A stretch of DNA of 19,019 bases from Ginkgo biloba. Lineage: Eukaryota > Plantae > Ginkgophyta. Made by a program: the position numbers and the translations under genes. The notes below the pieces were generated by a model, which saw only the letters and a list, made by a program, of their open reading frames with translations, did no database searches and was not told where the DNA came from. The DNA lies in the NCBI GenBank assembly GCA_024626585.2, contig JANKJI020000002.1, positions 6,671,803 through 6,690,821 of the forward strand, given 5' to 3'. How positions within the stretch are numbered: position 1 is the stretch's first letter; each line of letters opens with the position of its first letter. Of this stretch, positions 1-9,685 are shown one piece after another.

Positions 1-1080
1 GTTGTGACAGGGCCATTGTACTTATAATTATCGTCTAAAAGTTAGCTACAATTGACAGAAATCAATCTCAGGTGATAACAGGTCTGCATTCTAAAGAATC
101 TTTGTGAGAAACTTTGATTTAAGCAATACCGAAGGGAGTGTGTAGAAATCCGATAAAGGTGAGATATCTTCTCTTGAGAGGGACTATTGTAGATGTAGTC
201 AAAGCCAAGGGTTACATGTGGTTGGAGTGGATTATGAAGAGGTTTGCAGGTATTCTGGGTGGTAGTGGAAAGTTTGAAAGACAGATAAGCATGCTCTATA
301 GATCTGAAAATCAAGAAAATAGGGTGAGAGTGGTCAGCTGGCAAGGATATAATCTACAACATTGGATCCTCCCTAATAAGGCTAGCAGGTGAAAGCATAA
401 GAACCAGGGAAACTAGAAAGATCATTCAGAATAAATAAATTATGATACTCACCAAGGTTGAGAATATGGTGTCCATTAGTAGTGACGGGTGTACTGGAAT
501 GTGCTGGCTATCTCTTGAGCCCATTTTCAGCACACTTCAACTTGTGAAGATGTAACTTGTTGTTTGTCAAGTAATGAATAGATACCTAACGAGTGTTGGT
601 GTGGGCATTAAAGTCCCCTAGCAAGATAACACCCCCTATTCTGACTAACATGATATCTTGGGATATAAGTCGAAGAAAGGGTCTTCGTCTATGTGAATGG
701 GAAAATCTGAGGAAGCGGGTGGAAAGTAGCAAACATCAATAAAAACATCTCTGCATGAAGAACCTCTGTGAATCCAAATCCACAAGAACCTAGAATGTTC
801 ATCCAGGGTTACCGATGAGATGATCGAATGAAGTTGGTCTCTGACAAGGCAAGCAACACCACATGAACCCTAGACTCCACATGATTTCATAGTCTCCTGT
901 TGGGCAGCTGAAATCTAGTGATATCCTGAAATGTGGGGTAGGGATCTTTCTGGGCTCTCATGAGTATTTGTGAAGAAGACAAGGTCTTGCCCCTTAATGA
1001 AATCTAGTGATACCAGCTTCTGTTTAAACAAGACCATTACAATTCCAACAAGCAATGGAAAGTCCCCTTGAGCCTATCTT
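1..1080 (-). pseudogene. LINE ORF2 apurinic/apyrimidinic-like endonuclease domain, disrupted
   Basis: WNxxG, GDFNA and SxxDY motifs of the EEP/APE family; interrupted by in-frame stops (e.g. TAA at 1024-1026). Confidence 0.85.
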
Positions 1081-1119
1081 CCCATAAAACCTGGTGTCAA
1101 TTAGATAGAGGCCATGGGT

Positions 1120-2056
1120 GGTTCCCCGCTTCAGAGGGGAGTCACATATCTGAGCTCTACTGTTACAGATGACCGCCCATTTTCTGTTCTTTCTTGCATC
1201 AGTTACTTGGTATTTGGTTCTCCTAAGCTTGTTGACTTTTACCCATTCAAGATCATCATTAAGGAATATTTTGTGCACAAGAGTAAAGAGTTTCTTCTTT
1301 GCTCTGATAACAGTCAATCTATTATCTGCAGATTTGAATAGTATCAAAAGAACAGAGTCTGGGGTTAACATATTCTCTGTGTAGAGAAATTGTGTTTGAA
1401 TCTAAAGAATCATGTAGAAATTTGATTGCTATTCCTATGACATTTTCAGATTTGCAGAGCTATGTAATCCGTAAATTCAATGCTTTGGACTGTCTGGCTC
1501 TTTCTTCATTGAATTTGGCTTGAATGGGCATTTCAACAATTGGAGGAGGTGTTTTTCATCTTTGACAACTTTGACCTAGAAGCTCTATTAATCAATTTGT
1601 TTTTGGATCTGTTCTTGCTTCTCTTTTGTAACATGCTGCATGGTTTCTTGCATGGAGCAAAACTCTGTCTATTTGAGCTTCAATTCCTCTGTTTCTGTCT
1701 TAAGTGAGGTAGGAATAGACATGTGGATATGGTTTCCTGCTTAGAAGAGAGTTCAGTTAATCAATTTCAATCTCCCTGTTTAAGTTTCAGCTAATCAATT
1801 TCTTCTTGCATTGTAGTAGAAGTCTGCATATCCTTCATATTGACTTGTTCCTTTATCTTGTTCATTTCATCTTGAAGGTTTTGTATCTTGGGGATTGCGG
1901 CTCGGGATGCAGATGTCATTTGTTTGTACTTTTTGTGTGATTTAGAAGAGCTTCCTGCAGGTGCTTGATAATTTTGTCACTTCTAGCCAAACTCTTTTCT
2001 AGTGTATCAACTCTAGAAGACAGTCTTCGCACAGTGGCTCCATTTTCAGTAGCCAT
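1120..2056 (-). pseudogene. LINE ORF1 remnant (coiled-coil N-terminus, IFLNDDL-type C-terminus)
   Basis: MATENGATVRRLSSRVDTLEKSLARSDKIIKHLQEALL (ATG at 2054-2056, heptad-like) and KKKLFTLVHKIFLNDDL...ARKNRKWAVI immediately upstream of the endonuclease; frameshifted between the two. Confidence 0.65.
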
Positions 2057-3177
2057 AATTATATGTCTCAAGTTCAGATCACCAAATGGGGCAGGGTTAA
2101 TCACGTGAAAATTGATTCTCAGAATGGGAGATGGAACCGGAGCTCAAGGCGAGAACNNNNNNNNNNNNNNNNNNNNNNNNNNNNNNNNNNNNNNNNNNNN
2201 NNNNNNNNNNNNNNNNNNNNNNNNNNNNNNNNNNNNNNNNNNNNNNNNNNNNNNNNTTGTGTAAAATGTGGCAATAATTTACCAGGAGGAAAGAATATAT
2301 ATATATTTAATTAAAATATGCATAAGATTCTTTATATGCAACTTCTATAGCATTTTAATTCTACCAATTTTGAAATGCATTATTTTGAATACAAATTGTA
2401 AGCTTGAACCTCTTAGAGTTGTAACAAACTCTCTCCATTTGCCATCATCATCAATGACAATTCTTACATTCCATATACACTTACAAGTATACAAATGCAT
2501 TTTCTCCATCACCACTTTTATGAAGATAAAATGTTAAGTTATGTTCCAATTATATTAAAAATAGATCCTCTTCTAGGTCCCCTTGTATTGTTGCATCCTA
2601 AAACCATCATTAACAAAACAACTTCTCTTGGCATTGTTTTATTTAACAACCATCTCAAAAGCCCTATCAATTTTTTAAGAATATGCTCCAACTTTAAAAT
2701 CTTCCATCCTTTAAAGATTAAGAATCTTTGAAGTTTCCAACAATTTCTTGATTATTTAAAAGATTTTTAAATCTTCTAATCTTTAATTCTTAAATAAACT
2801 TATCAATTTCTATTACATCTAAGTGGCTTGGGAATATGAGTGTTTTACAAAAAACATTTTACTAAATTTTATCAATCTTTATTTATCTTCAAATATTTTT
2901 GCTTTATGTTTTGAGGGCTTGCAAATGATGATTATGCTTCTGATGATATTGGCATTGCTGTTTGAACTGATACTGCATCTTGATCCACTGCTGAAATTAA
3001 TATCAACCAGGATTTCCTAGCATCTATGCTTAATATTCATTGATTAGCTTTTAGACATTGGTGTATTTCTTGTTGCATAACAAACTGAATGCAATGTAAT
3101 AGAATCTAAAATAAAATAGACTGCATTTCATGAGAATTGAGAGTTTGATTCTCACAGATTGAAAGTGTAAAGTGCAG

Positions 3178-3354
3178 GCAGAGTTGTTTGTGCTCAGACT
3201 TTCACGTCATAGTGGTGTCGCTGGGCTTGCTGGCATGGCTTTTGTATCTCAGCTGTTCTTTGACATTCCTTTTGGTTACATTGGCATTAGCGGGAATCAA
3301 GGAATTCTTCTGGTCAGACCCTTGCTGCATTTCACCAAGGATGATCTATACAAA
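3178..3354 (+). CDS. RSY3: tRNA(Ile)-lysidine synthase (TilS/RSY3-like), internal exon A, 177 nt, phase 0/0
   Basis: TGCAG|GCA ... AAA|GTGAAT. Encodes AELFVLRLSRHSGVAGLAGMAF...ILLVRPLLHFTKDDLYK, containing the TilS (D-Q)-A-E-x-F-x-L-R-L-x-R-x-S-G-x-x-G-L-A-G and RPLL motifs. Confidence 0.93.
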
Positions 3355-4341
3355 GTGAATACTACAACTCTGACCTAAAATGGACTGTTTTCTGTTGTTA
3401 CAGTTTTAGTTTATTGATAGTGACACATTTCCAAAGTTTCTTGTGCAGGGAAGAGTCGGGCCTAGTTGAAATGACATTTGTTCCTGTATATTAAAGTTTA
3501 TAGCGTAACACAGAATTGATTGCTAATTTATCTTCAAAATTCAGATTCATTGGGCTCTTTTTCAACTTCAAAAAAACCAACCTGTCTACATCTAGTGGTG
3601 AAATTGTTTTGTTTCGAACATATGATGTATACTATTAATTAGGAATTTCAGTCGCATACAAAAAGTTTATAGATGATGACAATAATGAGAGCTCACATGA
3701 GGTCAATAAGTTGAATTTGAATTCTTAAAGTGCATTATAGTAGTTCTATCGACTATAAAACTAGCACCAAAATTTTGTTCCCAAAATTCAAATGAGATAA
3801 GTTAGATCTAACAAAAATGAATGAGATAACGAACACTATTGAGCTATAGTAGATTGAGTGTATCATGCATGTTGCGTGGCATCTCCTCCCTCAGCCTATT
3901 ATTACTAACATGCACTGGCTTGGTGTCCACAGCCTTTAGTCTAGTAGATGTATTGGAAGTATCAACCTTTGTTGTTTTGAAGAAATATACTTTGGTAATT
4001 GTATTGATCATATGCACAGGAGGACTCCAATTGTTAGTTACTATGTTGGCTAAATTGTTTGAGGTATTATTACTTGATTCATAATAAAATTGGTCTTAGT
4101 AAATGAAAGATTGTTGAGTAGTAAATACTTTAGTATTGTGTCTATTAATCCTGCTATGCATATTACTTTGATGTTCATGACTTCATAAATCAGTGCAGTG
4201 TTTGGCTAGTTAAAGTTCCATTTTTCTTGTAGTGCTTGAGCCTTGCAATATTTTGCTTTAATTCATATTTGTCCTATTGTCCTTTTTATCTCTTTATTGT
4301 TTGAGTCTTTGAATGAAGTCATATTGATGCTTTCAATTCAG

Positions 4342-4444
4342 ATATGCGAAGAGGCTGGCCAACAATGGGTGGAGGATCCAACAAATCAAAATTTTGCCTT
4401 CACTCGTAACCGGATCCGCAAATCTTTAGGTGGCTGTCACACGT
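4342..4444 (+). CDS. RSY3: TilS/RSY3-like internal exon B (3' boundary 4442 or 4444)
   Basis: TTCAG|ATA TGC...; encodes ICEEAGQQWVEDPTNQNFAFTRNRIRKSLGGCHT, with TilS W-V-E-D-P-T-N and R-N-R-I-R motifs; in frame with exon A. Candidate donors GT at 4443 and 4445. Confidence 0.9.
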
Positions 4445-4812
4445 GTTTGGAATCACATTTTTGGGGCAGAAGAGTTTTCAAACTGTGAGAAGTGCTATGC
4501 CTTTCTGCTGGCAATAGAAATCCAGCTTCAAAGAGAATGGATCTCAAAAAAGATTGATTTAGGGCATTGGTAATAGATAGTATAATACTTGAAGGTTTGT
4601 GTGAAGCGAGAACTGTTCTGAGATGAGCCGACCTGGGGCAATCGCATCTTGAGTGTCTTAGCCAAGGAGCCACTCTGTGATTTAAGGCTTTTACTGTGGG
4701 TTTGCTGCACTCTTGGCAGCGGTGGGAGCATCTGCATCATCCAATATCCTTTATTGAAATGTGCACTGTCTAGCTGCTCCGGAGTAGACTTATTCCAAAA
4801 TTGTGTGAATTG
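4445..4812 (+). other. RSY3: Short, GC-rich, structured intron with non-canonical or ambiguous 3' splice site
   Basis: Separates exon B from exon C. In-frame stops at 4486-4488 and 4806-4808 show it must be removed. Boundaries are GT-TG (4445-4812), GT-AT (4443-4810) or canonical GT-AG (4443-4822, losing 4 codons). Confidence 0.75.
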
Positions 4813-4922
4813 GCAATTTCAGAAGTGACATACAAGATCTCATTTCTTCTTGTCAAAGATTGCAGGCATTTCTCAATGTTTCTTGTGACCATTTGATGGA
4901 GGAAACGGTTTCTGTTAATGAA
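4813..4922 (+). CDS. RSY3: TilS/RSY3-like internal exon C (5' boundary 4811, 4813 or 4823)
   Basis: Encodes (C/G)NFRSDIQDLISSCQRLQAFLNVSCDHLMEETVSVNE, matching the recalled plant RSY3 stretch FKSELQAVISxCRxTRxxVDxxCxxLIxxxVxV; ends at perfect donor GAA|GTAAGT. Only partly captured by the ORF track. Confidence 0.85.
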
Positions 4923-7149
4923 GTAAGTGATTTTTATTACTTCAATTGTAACAAACTTTGCTTTCAGTTGTTTCTTCTTTTTGGGCAAAGCATTCACTCC
5001 CTTCTCAAAAATACCCAGCCCATTAGACTGAGTGCTTTCTGAATTTTATCACTACTTAAGAAACCAAAAGATTTCCCATTTTCCAAGGACAGTCAACATG
5101 ACGGGTGAAGAACATATTAGATAAGATCTGTACAAAGAGCAGAAGTATTGTAGTATCACAACATAATGTGTTTTGACTTATAGTTAGTGCTTCATCAATT
5201 TGAAAATGGAGAACATGGAGGTAAGAACGTGGCCTATAAAACATGAGCTTGTGCTATGGAATGTGACCTGTCTCATCAAACATGGCTACCCCACATCTAA
5301 TGGATTTCACGTGCATGTTATTTTCTGATAGCCATGATGATCATTGTATCCCACTGAGGTGACTTCTCTGCGTTTCCTGGTGCATTCTGGATAATGAACC
5401 TTTTTGTGGGTCCTACTTCGGAGCTTCGTTGTTTCCTTAGTATATCAGGTCTCCATGTTGCTGGTTCTAGCTGTTGCCACCTCCTTCCCTGATTCCCTTT
5501 GTGATATAACCTTGTTTCTACAGGTGTTACCAGTTGTACCTTTCGGTAGCAGCATCTTGCTGATATGCCTGTGATTGAATAGGAGTCTTTTGATCTCTCT
5601 GTGTTATCAAAAGCAAGCATACCCTTGTGATGAACATAACATACAGGTTGGAAGGAGTTAGGACTTGTGCCTTCATGAACCATTGCCTATGATCTAGTAT
5701 GCTGCCAGTGGTATTTGGTGAAACAATAGTGCCAATGCAAAGTTACATCACCTCCTTTGGACTTCAACATTTGATTTATAGTTTCTTGTGAGCCCCTTTC
5801 ACTGCCAACTCTATAAATTCGCACTAGTATTCATTCATCATTTCTTCTTCTATATAATCAATTTTATCTCATATATAATTGTATAGAGTTAGAGAGAAAC
5901 TAATGTAGGGGATTTTGATTCATGAATGTGAGATAATCTTTTGTAAACCTTTTGCTTGCATGTTATCTTTTATATGAATTCTTCAATATTTTTTTTTTTG
6001 TTATTCTCTGATTTCCAACAAATTTTTCATAGTAAGTCTATATTATTAGTAAGTGGTCCTTTCTCTTTATTTTCTTTATTATTTAAAACATTCACAAAAG
6101 ATATAGTCATGGGTGAAATGACATGATTTATAAGGTATTATGTTGGTTATAAGTAAGAAAATTTTTATTAATATCTAAAATATCATTCCAATCAATAAAA
6201 TAGCCCTATAAAAAAGAGTAAAAGTCTTATTTATTTAAGGAGTTATACAAAATACTAGTAAGAATATGTCAACCACTATTGTATAAATAGAGTAGGCCAA
6301 AGAAACTATATAACTAGACTATATAATATCTTCAACATAATAAATATAAAAAGAAGTAAATATTGATGTATATCAAATCCATGACACAAATAAATAAGGA
6401 TAATATTTAAATTCTTAGTGAAAATAAGGAATACCAAGCCATGCAATACATTTTTCTTGAAAACTAATAATATGTATTTGTCCTCCAAAATCTAGTGATC
6501 CTATTTCATAAGAAATAAACTAGATATAACATATGGAAAACCATTCAAAAACCCTTAATGGTGGATTTATATTATGGAAACTATGATAGTCCAATCCTTC
6601 CATCACTTAGAGANNNNNNNNNNNNNNNNNNNNNNNNNNNNNNNNNNNNNNTAATAAAAAAACAAACATAGAGAGATAAGTAAGATAACTAATGGGTATA
6701 TGGATAAATAAAATTGGGTCTCATTTCCTATGATTACTTACCCTCTATAAAATATAAAAATAATTGAAGAAAGAGTGAATGATAATTTGTGGAGGATTGA
6801 GAAAATGATTACCTTGTAGATTACAGATAAGAATGAAAAAATAAAAAGGAAAATAACATAGTAGATAAATGTTTATAAACTATTACCACTCACTANNNNN
6901 NNNNNNNNNNNNNNNNNNNNNNNNNNNNNNNNNNNNNNNNNNNNNNNNNNNNNNNNNNNNNNNNNNNNNNNNNNNNNNNNNNNNNNNNNNNNNNNCTTTT
7001 CCGCTCTATTTGGAAAGCTCACAAGGTCTTGTGCAGGGTCCTGAACTATTCTTTTGCTATGAATCATTGATTTGTTTCTTTATGTACATAGTGCTATGTA
7101 ATTTAAAGTTGTTTTGGCTACACAAAAAAATTGAGAGATCATTGCTTTA

Positions 7150-7575
7150 ACATAACAGCTACATGGATAAGATAAAAGAGAGTACTAATCAACATTTGCA
7201 TTAGAATGTTTACATAAATGATTCAACATAGAAGACAGAGACTCTTTGCCATTCATTTATGCATCCGTTAGGGGCAAGAATTGAGGGATCTTGAGCTAGC
7301 TTGTCAACCTAACGGATCTATGTAAAGTATCACGATCTCCTTGAATTGCATGACAACTGTTGCTGTTGTTGGATTTCATCAAATAAATTTTACAAGAGGA
7401 AAGAGAAGAAAAATTGCTGATATCACCATGTCTAGGAATGATTTGCCTATTTCTGGCCTTAAAGCACTCTGCAAGTCCTCATGGAGATGTGAGGTCACTA
7501 GAATTCGCAAAGAGGTTGTGCAGCCTTGATTGGTTGGCCTATTATCCAAATGCAGTCCATAGGGATGGCATTACA
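7150..7575 (+). mobile_element. Probable LTR fragment (3' terminus ...GGGATGGCATTACA)
   Basis: Higher-complexity block in AT-rich surroundings ending in GGCATTACA, resembling the LTR-like end at 11828. No convincing TG start with matching TSD. Confidence 0.3.
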
Positions 7576-9685
7576 ACATAAGTTGTTCGTAAAACACAAA
7601 CACACACACGCATGCACACGGCAAATAATTACCACAACAATTATTTTCCTCTAATTAATATGAGTTTATATGCCAAATTCTTCATTTGATTGTTTAAATT
7701 CTTGTATTTGTTGTAAATTAAGGGATGGAGAAGCTTATAATTATGATTCTATAATTTTTATATATTTATAACTTGTGACAAAAAGGTGTATTTCTAGACT
7801 ATTCTTATTTTAACACAGAATTTGCATAAATAGGATGTATATTATTATTGGTAATATTTTCCAGTGGACTTTAACAGAGTATTTATCTTTTACTCATGAA
7901 GTCCAGTTCCATATTGATAAACTCATATGTTATATAATTTTATATAAATTCATAAAATATCTCATGTGAAATATGTAGAAAGGGTCCTCATATACATAAA
8001 AAGATGCCTCNNNNNNNNNNNNNNNNNNNNNNNNNNNNNNNNNNNNNNNNNNNNNNNNNNNNNNNNNNNNNNNNNNNNNNNNNNNNNNNNNNNNNNNNNN
8101 NNNNNNNNNNAAGGGATGGAATAGGTAGAAATGGAAAGAGATGCATAGGATGATGGTAGTAGGATATATGTATATTTATTCTCCTTCTTGTGTACCGGTT
8201 AAGTCACTCTTATCCCCAGGATCTTATGATTCTTCATGTATTACTTTTATATGAATACATGTGGATCAATTATCACCTCTCACAAAATACAAGATTCTAG
8301 CAGAGCCTTAGAGAAAGGAGGCCCTATGGGGTGTGACTTGTCTCATCCAGTATTGAATTTGGTTGGCTTAGACCCATGATGTCTTCTTGCTCAGTGATGC
8401 TTGGGTTCTTTTATATGATCGCCTTTTAATAGTTGTAATAAATCCATGGATAAAAATTTGATGTCACTTAAAATTCATGATGTACTTGTAAATTGTTATT
8501 AGTGAATAAAATACTTTATGTATATTTTACTGCATCCTAATTTTATAAGTGCTTTTGCAAAGTCATGAATTTTTTGCTTCACCTGTTGTGTTACTTCTTG
8601 ATTGACTTGAAATGAGGTGTCAACACAACCTAAACTAGATGATATCAAGCTAATAAAATGTAATTGGAAACATCGCATATCCAACACATGATGTGGTAAA
8701 GAGTACGCATAAGAAAATAAAGGAGGAATAATAGAAAGGCATAGTTAAATATTTATATAAGTTGGTAAAGATTGATAAAGGGTCCAACTTAACAAATCTT
8801 ATAAACAAATTAATGGCAATACTCATCAAGCATAAATACTAGATAGAAATAGTTAAAAATGGGATAAAATATTCTTGATAATGACGTATTACTTATTGTA
8901 AAAAATCTACCTAAATAATCTCATCAAGTGAAAATGATTAGTTTCTTAGTCATCGTCCCTATGAAGCACTCACTTAATAGTAATATTTATCTATAAAGGC
9001 CGATTTCTTTAATGTATTTATCTTTTTTTCTAAATTATCATAAAAATTCATTAATATGTTATGAACTGAACATTTGAGGAATCAACCAACGCATCCAAAG
9101 TTCCATTGAAGAAACTTCCTTGAAGGATCAGTTTGGATATATTATAGAGAACTGAGCAATCTATGTATATGTTCAAATATAATCTTATAATTGAAAAGTA
9201 TAGATCTGATTTATATATACACTATAGTACACTCATATTTTTTCTTCTATTTATGAGTTTTCCAATTTAACAATTTACATGAAAACTCAAAAGATTATAA
9301 ATAATAAAAAGGTAAATAGGAATTCCAAACAATTTTCGAAGAAAGGGAAATAACTCTTAAGAGTTTCAAACCTCATACTATCCTAAAATAATTGAAGTAC
9401 CTACACCATTAGCACACTTATCTCTCTTATTCATAGAATGCGTTCCAAATATATTTATTATAGACAATAACTAAAAGAAGAAAAAATATAAATTATTTTA
9501 ATTAAGTAATCAAAGAATAAATGTTAAAAATAATCCTTTTACATAAGATTTCTTAAACCTTACATAAATATCAAAGAGCCTGGAGCAAACTTTCTTATGA
9601 TAGGTGANNNNNNNNNNNNNNNNNNNNNNCATGGAGAAGACAAAGAGGGCACTCAATCTATAGATGAGGTGATGCAACCTAGAAT

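Larger units (their letters stand above)
1..2156 (-). mobile_element. Decayed LINE (non-LTR retrotransposon), 5' part: ORF1 plus start of ORF2; continues left of the window; antisense inside an RSY3 intron
   Basis: Minus-strand translation gives AP-endonuclease motifs in order: LSIACWNCNG (~1032-1061), GSCGVACLV (~847-873), ILLGDFNAH (GDFNAH at 601-618), GSNVVDYILAS (~337-369), EHAYLSF. They are preceded by an ORF1-like region. Multiple stops and frameshifts. Confidence 0.88.

Noticed and set aside
2925-2994. Box C/D snoRNA (ATGATGA ... CTGA)
   Set aside because: No terminal stem and no recognisable rRNA/snRNA antisense guide; GAT-rich low-complexity context.
3151-3177. Alternative acceptor CACAG at 3157
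   Set aside because: 20 nt upstream and out of frame; CTCAC is better explained as the branch point for the 3177 acceptor.
4445-4812. Group I intron (exon ends in U, intron ends in G), TPP riboswitch (CTGAGA...ACCTG) or tRNA mimic
   Set aside because: No P7 R/S core motifs or P1 U-G pair; TPP P4/P5 consensus absent; no T-loop or CAU anticodon cloverleaf.
5056-5800. 121-aa and 62-aa minus-strand ORFs as a nested gene
   Set aside because: No recognisable domain or splice structure; most likely an old TE fragment.
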